From a virus: a stretch of 64,000 nt of DNA. The notes below the pieces were generated by a model. That model ran no database searches, was not told the origin of the DNA, and saw nothing but the letters and a program-made list of their open reading frames with translations. Numbering within the stretch: position 1 is the first letter of the stretch; every line of letters begins with the position of its first letter. This document shows positions 39,001 to 48,600 of the stretch, in pieces. The position numbers and the translations under genes were made by a program. The stretch lies in the IMG/VR virus record IMGVR_UViG_3300009514_000001, positions 47,894 to 111,893 of that record. One strand, given 5' to 3'.

Positions 39001-40124
39001 ATCTTCAGGACGCCGAGGTCCTGTCGCTGGAACCGCTTTTGGAACTTCTTGGCCTCCCCCCGAAACCGGTCGACCATAGCCTGGAAGGTCTCTCCAGTGT
39101 CGTCCGTGACTGCCATCTCTGGGTTGGTCACCTCGATGTACAGGGACATGAGGTAGAACGACAGAGGCGTGATGTCGCGCTCCAGGATGTCGGAGGCCCC
39201 TCGATACACCTCCTTAACGGCCTTGTAGAGGTCCCCCTGGCCGAGCTGAATCAACTCAGCCACCTTGGCCAGGTCGATGTGGAGGCGATTGCGCTCCATC
39301 CAGCGGACACTAGGGAGGCAGAGCTTCTCGACCTTGTGGATGAACCCCTGGCTATGGGGTCGATTTGTGCTCTCGTTCTTGCTTGTCAGAGCAAGGGCCT
39401 TCTTCTTGAGCTTCTCATAGAGCTGGAGAGTGCAGATGGCGTCGGCCGCAGCGTACTCCAAGATGCCTGGGTCGGTGGGGTCCAACTCAGCGAAGTTCAG
39501 GTCCTTCGTCTTGGGCGGGAACAGCTCCTTCAGCTCGATTTGCTTCTTCCCCAGGAGGGCGTCTGACATCACCTTGAGGGTCTTCGCTCGACGGGTGCTG
39601 TCATCGAGGTAGGCCAGGATGAGGACGTCTTCCCAGGAGTCTGGGTTGTCCCACGTGCCGTACGGGAGACCCCCGTTGTAGGTCATCAACTCGCCCTCGA
39701 ACTTGCAGTTGAAGACGAGGGGGACTGACCTGTCCTTGCCCTTGCGCTTCATGCCCTCCATCAGTCGACGGACCTCGGCATCGAACTCGTGGAAAGGGAC
39801 GTTGTGCTCTGACGGCTCGTCGTTGGGGCAGTGACGGACTGGGATGTAGTAGCCGGTCTTGGTGTTCGGGGACAGACAAAGACCGACGATGTCGCAGTTG
39901 GTCTTGTACTGCGTCCCTTCTGGAGTCTCCCGAGGGAACACGCGGGTGTCGAGGCCTGTGGTCTCCAGGTCGAGGGCGTAGTAGGGCTTCGACAGACACT
40001 CGTCGATGACCTCGCGCAGCCTGGCGCCGGTCGTAACCAGCTCCATGCGGACCTTCTTCATCCACGGATGGAGGGCGACCTCAATCTTGGGCTTGTCCAG
40101 GAACCCGGCATCAAACAACGACAT
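36027..40124 (-). CDS. polA: family A DNA polymerase with 3'-5' exonuclease, zinc-finger insertion and one intein
   Basis: LDLETTGL, YAAADA, TATGRFSS, NLQSMP, DFGGVELR, K|SANFALSYG, NSPIQGSSADI, MHDELVF. Confidence 0.95.
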   Translation of the reverse strand: MSLFDAGFLDKPKIEVALHPWMKKVRMELVTTGARLREVIDECLSKPYYALDLETTGLDTRVFPRETPEGTQYKTNCDIVGLCLSPNTKTGYYIPVRHCPNDEPSEHNVPFHEFDAEVRRLMEGMKRKGKDRSVPLVFNCKFEGELMTYNGGLPYGTWDNPDSWEDVLILAYLDDSTRRAKTLKVMSDALLGKKQIELKELFPPKTKDLNFAELDPTDPGILEYAAADAICTLQLYEKLKKKALALTSKNESTNRPHSQGFIHKVEKLCLPSVRWMERNRLHIDLAKVAELIQLGQGDLYKAVKEVYRGASDILERDITPLSFYLMSLYIEVTNPEMAVTDDTGETFQAMVDRFRGEAKKFQKRFQRQDLGVLKMCQTGQVSVANHSGKGGLRIVLDAPKFGELIAREAPPPRKGVELKDSYDVLAPAQLGTLMWDLAVPGLKKTPSGQVATGKEVLEEVIENSIHDYPFVNRIKWMRGNQNALGKLYAIFEDTYRHDNTLKIGFRQFATATGRFSSKGEREPAKTGGTRFNLQSMPATYDTNRPPALLRIRECIVAPTGWTMVAIDFGGVELRLAANLSGEKKWIDAFFRCSACDLEFDRGDGKTTPPAPPLFCPQCGEDKIGDIHTLTAIQIFGESAQRRKDWKEKRKQGKCVHPDSILGMSGALRRIGSLKFAEEPDTFLKYPGTVFTGQDGEEDELRLLETYQGGEQEVYHVVSRRGLLTCTAQHRFLLADGTFKSIEQGLDTGDVLAEPVGTPYVETKPWRRVGYRPYKNLPEMGVSLSPDMAYFAGMFSGDGAKQGSTSVSITHGHVDKVDQLGLPYKTWQDIIVESCEKVGFLPTRKDQLVYLGSRHTMRFLSALGLVEGVEGKRCLRIPDWVLGRGPTALWSFLGGLVDTDGTVGEDGRMSWTSKDFVFSGQLVAVCHALGMTPCVEPTFNKTYQRWYVRTHIRASQAWGLYAYLRHPMKRSRLREAKEYKSATGANKVRVILPAGTSNVVDLHVAEPNVYWTNGLVVHNSANFALSYGGGPKAIHRNTGCGENEAYRIANQFKKAYTSLQEWWKRTRKFAKDHGYVITAFQRKFPLPDIKHEERFIRAKAERNAVNSPIQGSSADITKLAMGLIYKEVRRRKWQDKVRMIITMHDELVFEIRNDILEEACDLFSGLMVSNPIILGRNWAVPLTVDVELGPNWTVKHNMTAFRYAVGLRRELQQPGLDDDQIWALLRRVRGFYGNSEDVKGKFGSFEDIRWPPTLEPYFESGRHDRENPLTEEEKAALARAWDMFHSGSQGVPKGPAEDSLESRVIPYRLSKVDEEEGERIAQAIVGSHDPEGFRLELFAPDGVPLDGWFPEPVLVDRGRFVELMDG
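37071..38165 (-). mobile_element. LAGLIDADG intein in polymerase motif B, 365 aa
   Basis: CVHPD...VHN|S; FAGMFSGDG, FLGGLVDTDG. Confidence 0.95.
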
Positions 40125-40133
40125 ACACACCCC

Positions 40134-40568
40134 TTACTCTTCCGTATCTTCCTCGAACACGATGACGTAACACCCATCCCGCCAAGCGAGTACGACCAAC
40201 GTCGCTGCCCAGGACACCTTCCGGGAACCCGGAGCCTCGTAGCAGTCGAGGAGATTCCTCCCAGGCCGACACGAGGGCTTTCGCATCGCACAGGACTTGT
40301 CCTGGAGGAGGCGACACGCACCCTCCGAGTGCGGAACTCGTCGAGCCAACTCCTCCGGAGGGAGGCCCAACTCGCGCTCCAGAGGCATAGTATGCCCCCG
40401 CAGAGCATGCTGGAGCAACTCCTCAGACACATCAGGGATGAGATCACCCCAGGGAGTGCCCCTCAGAGGAGCCAGAACGCCCCAGGAGTCCCCGTCGCGA
40501 GGGAGGGGGCGGGCGATGGTCTGGAACCCCCAGGGAAGGTCCAGAGAGAGTCTACTAAGACCCTTCAT
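40134..40568 (-). CDS. hypothetical Cys-containing protein
   Basis: ATGA-coupled ORF between the primase zinc finger and polA. Confidence 0.65.
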   Translation of the reverse strand: MKGLSRLSLDLPWGFQTIARPLPRDGDSWGVLAPLRGTPWGDLIPDVSEELLQHALRGHTMPLERELGLPPEELARRVPHSEGACRLLQDKSCAMRKPSCRPGRNLLDCYEAPGSRKVSWAATLVVLAWRDGCYVIVFEEDTEE

Positions 40569-41161
40569 GCAGCCGAAGCCGCTAGGCTGATGACCTGTTC
40601 CCTCATCTCCGCGAGGCGTTGTCGCCCTTCCTTCTCCGACCAAGTCTCTTGACGGACTTCCCAGTTGATGTGGTCGAACCTCTCCCACAAGGAGAGCATT
40701 TTCGACAGGGAGAGATCCTTGCCCTTGGTCTGACTCAGGAGAAGTTTCTCGGTCCGCTTACGGTCCTCCTTGAAAGACCCCTCCTCGGGCACGGCGATGA
40801 CTGATCTAGGGTCCTTGGGCTCAGGACGAGGACGGTAGGTTGTCTTCCACCGCGGAAGGTCGTAGCGCTCTTCCAGAATGCCACAGGCCTTCCAGAACTC
40901 GACTCCCTCCTTAGCCTTGACCGTTTCGATGGCGTCACGCTGCTCTCCGCAACCGAAGCAGTAGAAGTGGTTGCTGTCGGGATAGACACGAGCCGAAGGC
41001 TTGTTGTCCATGCCGCTACCATGAAGGTCGCAGCGGAACTGCTGAGGGACGTCGTAGTCCTGCACCTCGTACCCATAGTCGATGAGTACCTGGAGGATGG
41101 ACACCTTCTCGTTGATGCGGTCGGCCCTCTCTCGGGCAGCGTTATGGTCGTCGTCACTCAT
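40565..41161 (-). CDS. stand-alone CHC2 (DnaG-type) zinc-finger protein
   Basis: CDLH...DNKPS...FYCFGCG...DAI...FWKA; no TOPRIM domain. Confidence 0.88.
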   Translation of the reverse strand: MSDDDHNAARERADRINEKVSILQVLIDYGYEVQDYDVPQQFRCDLHGSGMDNKPSARVYPDSNHFYCFGCGEQRDAIETVKAKEGVEFWKACGILEERYDLPRWKTTYRPRPEPKDPRSVIAVPEEGSFKEDRKRTEKLLLSQTKGKDLSLSKMLSLWERFDHINWEVRQETWSEKEGRQRLAEMREQVISLAASAA

Positions 41162-41786
41162 GGAATAGCTCGTTGTAGCGTTTCAGGAGACGCCCCTTGG
41201 CCTCCTTCCAGGGAAGCGGGACAATGTAGTCCGAGAACCACCCTGTGTGAATGTTGGTGGCGAACAAGCGCCCGTTGACGGGCCGAGGAAGAGGTTGTCC
41301 CCCCACTTCCTCGGGGAGGTCCCACGACTTCACCGGGTCCCTATCCCCGAAGAAGCTGTGAATCTCCAGAACCAAAGCCGCCAGGTCTGCCCACCGTACA
41401 CTGGGAGGCATCTCCGGGACATCCGGGTCGAAGGGAATGCCCAGGGCGCTCCATATGGTCTGGGTGGTCTCCCACTCCACGTCGTCGAACCAAGTGATTC
41501 CGTCCTGTCTCATCCTGTGCTTGATGGGCTCTCCGAGGTCCCCCAGGTAGGCCTCGGCGAAGTCATGGGTGAGTCCTTTCCTGGCGTCCTCGGGGGCGCA
41601 TAGCTGACTCACCATGATACTGTGCTGGGCCACGGAGAAAGGCTCCGGGGTATGGCCGTTGTAGCGAGGCTGGGCGGACAGCGAGTGCACGATATCGAGG
41701 ATGTGAACGTCCTCTCGGGCGAGACGGTGGGGGTAGAGGAATCGGCGCTGGTAAGCGGTCTTGAGGCGTGGTTCTTTCTTTCTCAT
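41154..41786 (-). CDS. HD-domain phosphohydrolase (YfdR/YfbR-like)
   Basis: RYNGHT..FSVAQHS...HDFAEAYLGD...P.K. Confidence 0.88.
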   Translation of the reverse strand: MRKKEPRLKTAYQRRFLYPHRLAREDVHILDIVHSLSAQPRYNGHTPEPFSVAQHSIMVSQLCAPEDARKGLTHDFAEAYLGDLGEPIKHRMRQDGITWFDDVEWETTQTIWSALGIPFDPDVPEMPPSVRWADLAALVLEIHSFFGDRDPVKSWDLPEEVGGQPLPRPVNGRLFATNIHTGWFSDYIVPLPWKEAKGRLLKRYNELFHE

Positions 41787-44659
41787 CAGTCGTCGCTGCT
41801 CATGAAATCGGTGGATAGTTCCTCGGCCTTGCGCACGGTCTCTTCGGCCTTCTCTGCGTTGGCCAGGGCCTCGAAGTCTACCGGGTCCGTGCAGGTCATG
41901 ACGCGCCGACAACGCCAGTCAACGGCTGTGTAGAGAGGTTCGAACTTCTCGTCGTCTCTGGTCTTGATGCACTGGACTAGGAGACGATTGGTCTTCCGAA
42001 GGACATCATTGATGAACCCGGCCGTGATGACGTCGCTGGAGCGTTCGATCTCGTTGGAGTAACTGAGGTCGTAGGCCTCATAGATGCCCACGCGGCCTCC
42101 GTTCTTGCCCATGTTGGCGCGCTTGAACCCCTCGCGGCTGATCTGGAACAGGGCCACGACGGCGATGCCTTCCCCTCGGTTGAAGTTGTTGGACAGAATC
42201 TTGAGATCACGGACGACCTCATTGGCCCTGGCTGTCGTACTCGGGTTGTACTGCTTGGGGTCAACCAGGAGGACGTGGTCGACCACAATCATGTTGAACG
42301 GGCTCTGGCGATAGAGCAGCTCTGACTTGGACCGAATGTCGCTGACCCGGAAGCTGTCCTCATCCGGGTTGTACCCCACGAAGTGCATCTTGCCGTAGCC
42401 GTTGGCCGGGTCTTTCAGGTCTGGGAGGACGAACTGGGTGAGGAACTCCTCCTCGTTCGGCGGCAGACACCCATCCCGGAGGAAACGGTAACGAAGCCCC
42501 AGGTCAACCTCTCCCTGTCTCTGGATGGCCAGACGGAGGCGAGCCTCCCGGAACTTCGGGTGCATCGAGTGCATCGCGATAATGATGCGACGACATTGGT
42601 CGTAGGACATCTCCAGGGTGAAGTAGCAGGAGCTGTACTTGAACCAGATGGCCTGGTTGTAGACCCAGTTGAAGGCGACGCTGCTGTTGTGGACGATGAA
42701 CCCATCCGCGACGAAGTTCTCGGGTCCCGGGACGGACAAATCGTAGGTCATCTCCTCCCCGTCGTAGGTGACCTCATCCACCTGGGTCCACCAGACGTCA
42801 CCGTCGGCCTGCCGGAGCAGACCATCGTCCTGGGCCGCCTCTGCGAGACGACGAACCGTGTCCCGGTGAACTGACCGGCGCTCTTTCGCCCAACGCGCAT
42901 ATTGCCAACCCCCCTTGCGAGTCTGGGTGCGGACGTCATCACCAAGGTGGGCCAGAAGGGCCGTGGGCATCTTGTCGTCTTCGGTGCGGTCAGGGAGGTG
43001 TCCGAGAGCTTCCTCCACAGCATCCTCCACAGCATCCTCCACAGCATCCTCCTTGCCGAAGATAGTAGACCGCGTAAGGAACCGGCGCTTCGACTCCGTG
43101 GTCCGAACAGAGACGTTCCAAAAGACTCTCCTCTCCCCCTTGTACATAATCTGTACGGGGGAGAGAGTGGTCACTACCCCGACTCGTTGGAGGAGGAGTT
43201 GGATATCCGAGGCCAACTGACGGCTCTTACTCGTGTAGTAGATGTTGACCTGGTGGCGATCTTGCCGACCCTCACGTCGCCGGAACACGGACCCCACGGA
43301 CCCGTCCGTCGACCACAAGGCCGAGAGAAACAGCCACGTCTGGTCGTCGGTCATCGACCACAACTCACCCGGGACGAACTTGTCCTCGGAACCCTTATCC
43401 CAGAGACCAAGATCCTCAGCCAGGACACGAAGGGGGGAAGTCCATGGATGGTACTTACTTCGGCCAGTGGAAGTACTCAAATCAACCCTGTCCGAACGCT
43501 CTCGGAAATAAGCATATCGAGCCTTCCCTCCCTCCGGGGCACGCCTATACCCCATCCTGCGAAGACGGGCGATGAAGTCGGAGCGGATGCCTGGATTCGA
43601 TACGGATAGTTGCAGACACTCCCTCAGGCAGCCGTCCCCCAGGAGATATCCGAGACACACCACTTGGTCGTCACTCCACTCAGAGTCCTCGGGGGAAGTG
43701 GTCATGTGCTTGGCCAAACCCACCCAAGAGCCCTTCTGAAGACCATCCGCACGCACCCAACCTCCGGGGGTGAGGAACGGATGGTTCTCCGACACACGGA
43801 TGGTGTGGCCTGTCTTGGTTCGCACCTTGAGGATGGGCTTGACTCCGTTCTTCGCCACCCTACTCGTGCGGGTCTCCGCCAGCTTGACAGAGCCCTCGTC
43901 GAGGGCATGGAGCCGCGCGCAACGACGGCTCTTGTAAAGATCACCTATCGTTTTCAATTCTCCTGTGTAAGTGTCGAATATCTTTACGGAATTCGCGACG
44001 CATTTTAAGTGACCTGTAAAGCCAGCATGGGTCCAGAGCTGCTTCTTGCGGGCACCGCCGAGGGCGACGTCAATCTGCTTGATGCCCATGTACTGGCCGA
44101 TACCGAAGTTGGGGTCATCGCGCCGTCGTTTGTAATCCTCCCAGTAGTCTTCGGTGTCCTCAGTGACCTCGCCGTCTGTGCGCATCCCACCTGGTGGGCG
44201 ACCGATGAGGGAGGCCTCCCGCTGGAAGTAGGAAATGGCGTCACGAGGGCCCTTGAAGATGCGGTCCTTCCCGTCCTTCCCTGGGAGCTTGAGGCCCTGC
44301 ATATTGATGTGGTTGGCGTTTTGGAGACGCTCCTGGAGCTTGGCCTGGAGTCTCTCCTCTGAGCGTTCGTAGAGGCGGGCTCGGAAGTCGCCCCGGAACA
44401 GGGGTCGGAGCTGTTTGAGAATCTCAAGCTGGTCTACGATGTCGCTCTGCTTCTCCCGACGGAAGTGAGAGGTCAGGGTCGTGACGTCGGGGGCATGGTT
44501 GTGGGCACGGAAGAACTCTCTAACGTACTCCCAGATGGTCTGGTGCTCTGGGATGAGGAACTCAAGGCCCTCGGCCTGGGTGTCCAGGATGTTGGCCAGG
44601 AGGAGATCAGGGTCATCGGTATGGTCGACCCTGAACATGGACCGCAACAAAATCTTCAT
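41786..44659 (-). CDS. dnaB: DnaB-like replicative helicase with intein
   Basis: GIKQID..LGG, GFTGHLK|S, YFTLEMS, IVVDH, QISR, IERSSD, K.R. Confidence 0.88.
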   Translation of the reverse strand: MKILLRSMFRVDHTDDPDLLLANILDTQAEGLEFLIPEHQTIWEYVREFFRAHNHAPDVTTLTSHFRREKQSDIVDQLEILKQLRPLFRGDFRARLYERSEERLQAKLQERLQNANHINMQGLKLPGKDGKDRIFKGPRDAISYFQREASLIGRPPGGMRTDGEVTEDTEDYWEDYKRRRDDPNFGIGQYMGIKQIDVALGGARKKQLWTHAGFTGHLKCVANSVKIFDTYTGELKTIGDLYKSRRCARLHALDEGSVKLAETRTSRVAKNGVKPILKVRTKTGHTIRVSENHPFLTPGGWVRADGLQKGSWVGLAKHMTTSPEDSEWSDDQVVCLGYLLGDGCLRECLQLSVSNPGIRSDFIARLRRMGYRRAPEGGKARYAYFRERSDRVDLSTSTGRSKYHPWTSPLRVLAEDLGLWDKGSEDKFVPGELWSMTDDQTWLFLSALWSTDGSVGSVFRRREGRQDRHQVNIYYTSKSRQLASDIQLLLQRVGVVTTLSPVQIMYKGERRVFWNVSVRTTESKRRFLTRSTIFGKEDAVEDAVEDAVEEALGHLPDRTEDDKMPTALLAHLGDDVRTQTRKGGWQYARWAKERRSVHRDTVRRLAEAAQDDGLLRQADGDVWWTQVDEVTYDGEEMTYDLSVPGPENFVADGFIVHNSSVAFNWVYNQAIWFKYSSCYFTLEMSYDQCRRIIIAMHSMHPKFREARLRLAIQRQGEVDLGLRYRFLRDGCLPPNEEEFLTQFVLPDLKDPANGYGKMHFVGYNPDEDSFRVSDIRSKSELLYRQSPFNMIVVDHVLLVDPKQYNPSTTARANEVVRDLKILSNNFNRGEGIAVVALFQISREGFKRANMGKNGGRVGIYEAYDLSYSNEIERSSDVITAGFINDVLRKTNRLLVQCIKTRDDEKFEPLYTAVDWRCRRVMTCTDPVDFEALANAEKAEETVRKAEELSTDFMSSDD
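42686..44002 (-). mobile_element. LAGLIDADG intein in the DnaB Walker A, 439 aa
   Basis: CVANS...VHN|S; LGYLLGDG, FLSALWSTDG. Confidence 0.95.
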
Positions 44660-44674
44660 GAATGAGGCGCTCCG

Positions 44675-45613
44675 TTAGCTTCCTTGCTTCTTGCTCTTCT
44701 TCTTGGCCTTCTTTTTCTTCCACTCCTTCTCTGGGTCCCGATGAACCCGAAGTGAAGACTTCCGACTCTCTTTCACGAGGCCAGTCTTCGAGGGCAACTC
44801 CTGGTCGAACCCGACGGTCCCTGAGGTGACCGGAGACGGCATGTCGGGGTAGTCGGTCTCGCGGTCGTCACCCAGATCGATTCCGACGTACTCCCACATC
44901 TCGATGTGGTCCATCAGGTGGTCGGAGTAGCACAGATGGCCGGGAGCTAGGGGGGTGTGGGGCTGGTCGAAGAGCCAGGTGGGCTTGCCCTCGTGGAACC
45001 GGCTGCTCAGAGCCTCCCCCAACACCCCGGGCATCTCCTTGTTGTTCGCCGCCTTCATCCCCAGATGGATGATGAGCAGCTCTGGAGGAATCACCAGGTC
45101 CTGGAGGGTGTAGAAGGACATGGAGACCGGAGCGGCGTCCGAATCAAAAATCTCGCCACCCCCCAGAGGAACGGTCGCCAACCAGGCGGTTATCAGGTCA
45201 GTGTCGCTAGCGACCTTGAAAAACCACCGGCTCCCTTTGCGAATGGCGACATGACGGAGGTGCTCTCGGAACACCCTCGTCGGCGCCGTCACCCACACGT
45301 TCTTGTCGGTCAGGTCCCGCAAAGGCGAGGACTCGATGTTGGCGGCCCGACTCAGACCACGCCACCCGGCCTCGACGTTGTCGAGGATGTCCCGTGCGGC
45401 CATGCACTCACAGCGCATCCGTCCTGGGGGAATGGTGGAGTCGTCTTGAACGAACCCGTGACCGAAACATTGGGGGCAGTTGGGGTCCCCGGGACCCGTG
45501 TCGTCGACCTTCTCCCGATAGTCAGGGTGGTTGAGTCCTGACGTCTCTGCATCGAAAGCCACTCGACGTCTTTTGTAGTTGGAGCCGTAGCCGTCGTGGT
45601 CGTCGTCCTTCAC
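44675..45613 (-). CDS. DnaC/DnaI-like helicase-loader homolog with degenerate ATPase motifs
   Basis: CPQC.G.G...RCEC zinc module, PELLIIHLG, SR...KPTW; immediately upstream of dnaB. Confidence 0.6.
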   Translation of the reverse strand: MKDDDHDGYGSNYKRRRVAFDAETSGLNHPDYREKVDDTGPGDPNCPQCFGHGFVQDDSTIPPGRMRCECMAARDILDNVEAGWRGLSRAANIESSPLRDLTDKNVWVTAPTRVFREHLRHVAIRKGSRWFFKVASDTDLITAWLATVPLGGGEIFDSDAAPVSMSFYTLQDLVIPPELLIIHLGMKAANNKEMPGVLGEALSSRFHEGKPTWLFDQPHTPLAPGHLCYSDHLMDHIEMWEYVGIDLGDDRETDYPDMPSPVTSGTVGFDQELPSKTGLVKESRKSSLRVHRDPEKEWKKKKAKKKSKKQGS

Positions 45614-48600
45614 TTCTTCCTCCTTGATTTCCGCGCGTCCTCCAGAACGCCCTCGTAGATGGCCTTGAGGTCTCCGTCTGCGCTAATAGTGACTGGCTTG
45701 GACTCGCCCTTGATGCGCCGGCCGAGGACAGCTTCCACCAAATCCATCTTCTTGCGCAAGACCTGATTGACACGCATGTCGATGGAGCCGATGCCGCACA
45801 GGTGGATGGCATAGACCCGGTCGTGCTGACTGCCGATGCGGACCATCCGCCCCAGGAGCTGGAGGTAGTCACCGGCGCTCCAGGGGGTGTCGTAGCAGAT
45901 GAGGCCCTTGGCGGCTTGGAGGTTGATGGCGTCCGATCCCGCCGTCGTAATGACGATGACCTTGGTGTCTGAGTTGGGGTCCTGGAAGAGACGCTGCGCC
46001 TCTGCGCGCCTCTTCGGATTGCTGTCGTGCCCCGTGATACTCACCGCGTAGCGGTTCTTCCGCCGCTCGTCAGTGTTGTTGAGCGCGGGCATGATGAGCT
46101 TAACCATCTCGGCGAACCGGGTGAACACGATGACCTTCTCATCGGCCAGGTCGCCCTCTGACAAGAGGTCCTTGAGGAGGCTGAACTTCTTGGACTTGCC
46201 ATCCCTCCCCAACAGCTCTGGGTGGTTGACAATCTGCTGGAGGCGCGTACACGCCGTGAGGTGGTCGACCTCCTTCTGCTCCATCTCCCCCGTCTCTTTG
46301 TCCTGGACCCAGAGGAGGCCGGAGAGGGCTTCGCTGTACAGACGAGTCTGGTCGCCGTGCATCGAGAACTTGAGCATCCGGAAGGTCACGTTCGGAAGCT
46401 CTGTCGCGACCTCGTGCTTGGGCCGCCCCAGGAAGAACGGGTCTATCACCCGCCGGAACCTCTCGATGTCCTCGTCCCGGTATCCGATGATGACCGGAAT
46501 CTGTCGGCCGCTCTTGGGGAGCTTCTGCAAGCGGGTGATGCAGTAGTCCTTCATGAAAGAGGTCTTCGTCCCAAACAGCGGAGGCATGACGACCTTGTAG
46601 ATGCCATAGCCCTCGATGAGGTTGTTCTTGATGAGAGTCGCTGTCAGACCCCAAACCCAGGCAACCCCTTCCTTTTGGGCCAGGGCCTTGCAGACCTGGT
46701 GGATACGGGCTCTCGGATTCTTGAACGCAGTTGCCTCGTCGTAGACGACGACCCTGAAGTCGAGTTCACCGTGGATTTTAGTAAAGTCTGCCCTCGCCAG
46801 GGCATAGTTCATGACGATGACTGCCGGTCCTTTCTCGGCGAGAAACTCAGCGTATTGCTTCTCCCTCTTCTTCGGATTTCCTCCGGTCATCGCTGTGACG
46901 TGCACCCCTGTGGTGAACTTCTGAAACTCGCCGGCCCACTGGGGGACGGCTGACTTCGTCGTCAGGATGAGCGCCTTCTGGTCTGGGTTGGTCCTCCAGA
47001 GGACACAGAGGGAGGCGATGGTACTGAGCGTGTTGTGGTTGACAACCCCATTTCCGACATAGCAATGAGACGGGTCGTCGACTGTGATGTCGTACACCTC
47101 GGCCTCTCCCCTCTCGATATTCCTCACAGGATCGTAGAACCACTCTCTCTGACGAACCCGACTCAACTCTAGGAGGGAGGGGGAGTCTTGTGGCACTCCC
47201 ACCTCTAACGCAACCCCCAACATGGTATCGAGGAACGAATAGGAGACATTACGGCGCCCTGCCCGGACATGTCCAAGGGTGGTATAGAAAGCATTCCCGA
47301 ATCTCTTCGAAGTGCCTCCCCCCTTGTACCCCTGACGTCCACAACGAGCGTAAATCTCCTCCCGCAAGGCCTCCACCTCTGGCTTGAGATGGGGGACTAC
47401 ATCGTGGTTGGTGTTCTCCTTGTGCTGTGTCAGGGGAAGGATGGCGTCCCGCTTGCGTTGAGAGATGAGACCCACGTGCTCCATGAACACTCGGGCGTCC
47501 TCCCCCAGGATTGTCAGCCTCCAGTAGGTGTGGTCTCGCCCCTTAACCGCCTTCGGAGACCTACGGGACACAACCCCAAACCCCAGAAGGACAATCTGGA
47601 GCTGTTTGGCCAATTTCTCCGAGGCAGAACTGAACTCGATACCGTTCTTGGTAACGTGGCTCTCCGCATCCACTAAAGCCCGTACAAACTGACGCACGCA
47701 CTCCCGGTCTGCCCGAAGGACCGACCACGGGATACACTTGTCTTTGGCGACTCCTTTGGGGACACCTATCGCCTCCAGCCACCGAATCAGATAGGTGCTG
47801 GCTATGGGATAATCGTTCCCATGTTTTCGTACGGGATATTTGAACAGAGTGTCAATGAGGTATTCGATGTCCGCACTGGTCTCAGGATTACTAAGGGAGC
47901 ACTGGCTGATAGTAAAAAACCTTCCATCCTTGTGGTTAAACCACCCCTCTCCATCCTTGTGGTTAAACCACCCCTCTGCGATCAGATACCCCAGGAACCT
48001 GGCCAGCTCTGGAACCATCTTGAACTGGGTGGGGTACGTTTTCTCCCCATTCCGAGCGACCTCAGAGGGGAGGGACACGGGGACCCTTCCAAACTTGTAA
48101 GGGCTCCGATCAATGCAAAGGTAGTCCCCCTCACGAACCTCTGCGAGCTTAACCCAGACCTCACCTCCGCCACGACGAACCCGGACCGGGTGGACGAGAG
48201 ACCCTTCGATCTCAAAGCCGTGATGCGTCTGGACTTTCCGGGTAGGCTTCACACCTCCATGGTAGAACTGTGAGACCTGGAGTTCCTTCCCCCCGACCTG
48301 AACGCTCCAATGATCCACGGGAGCAAAGGTGTCTGGTTTCGTGATCCCTGGGTTGATATCCTCGATAGGGACCAACCCATTCGACCCCGTTCGAATCAGG
48401 GTGTCTCCTCTGGTGCACTTACCTAATCCGGTGTCGTCGCCCAGGATGAACCGCCCCATGGAAGCCATGTGCAGGATGCCGATGACCTGGTAGTCCCGAA
48501 TCTTGAGGGGGCGCTCCACCCCATCGAACCCGACGAAGGTCTCCCGGAGGTTCGGCGGCTTCCTCTTGATGGCCAGGCCCTTCTTCTTCCGAATGGCCGA

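Noticed and set aside
41154..41786. HD hydrolase plus PolA as a Z-genome (2-aminoadenine) pathway
   Set aside because: No PurZ-like gene in the window, and the HD motifs fit the common YfdR-like family.
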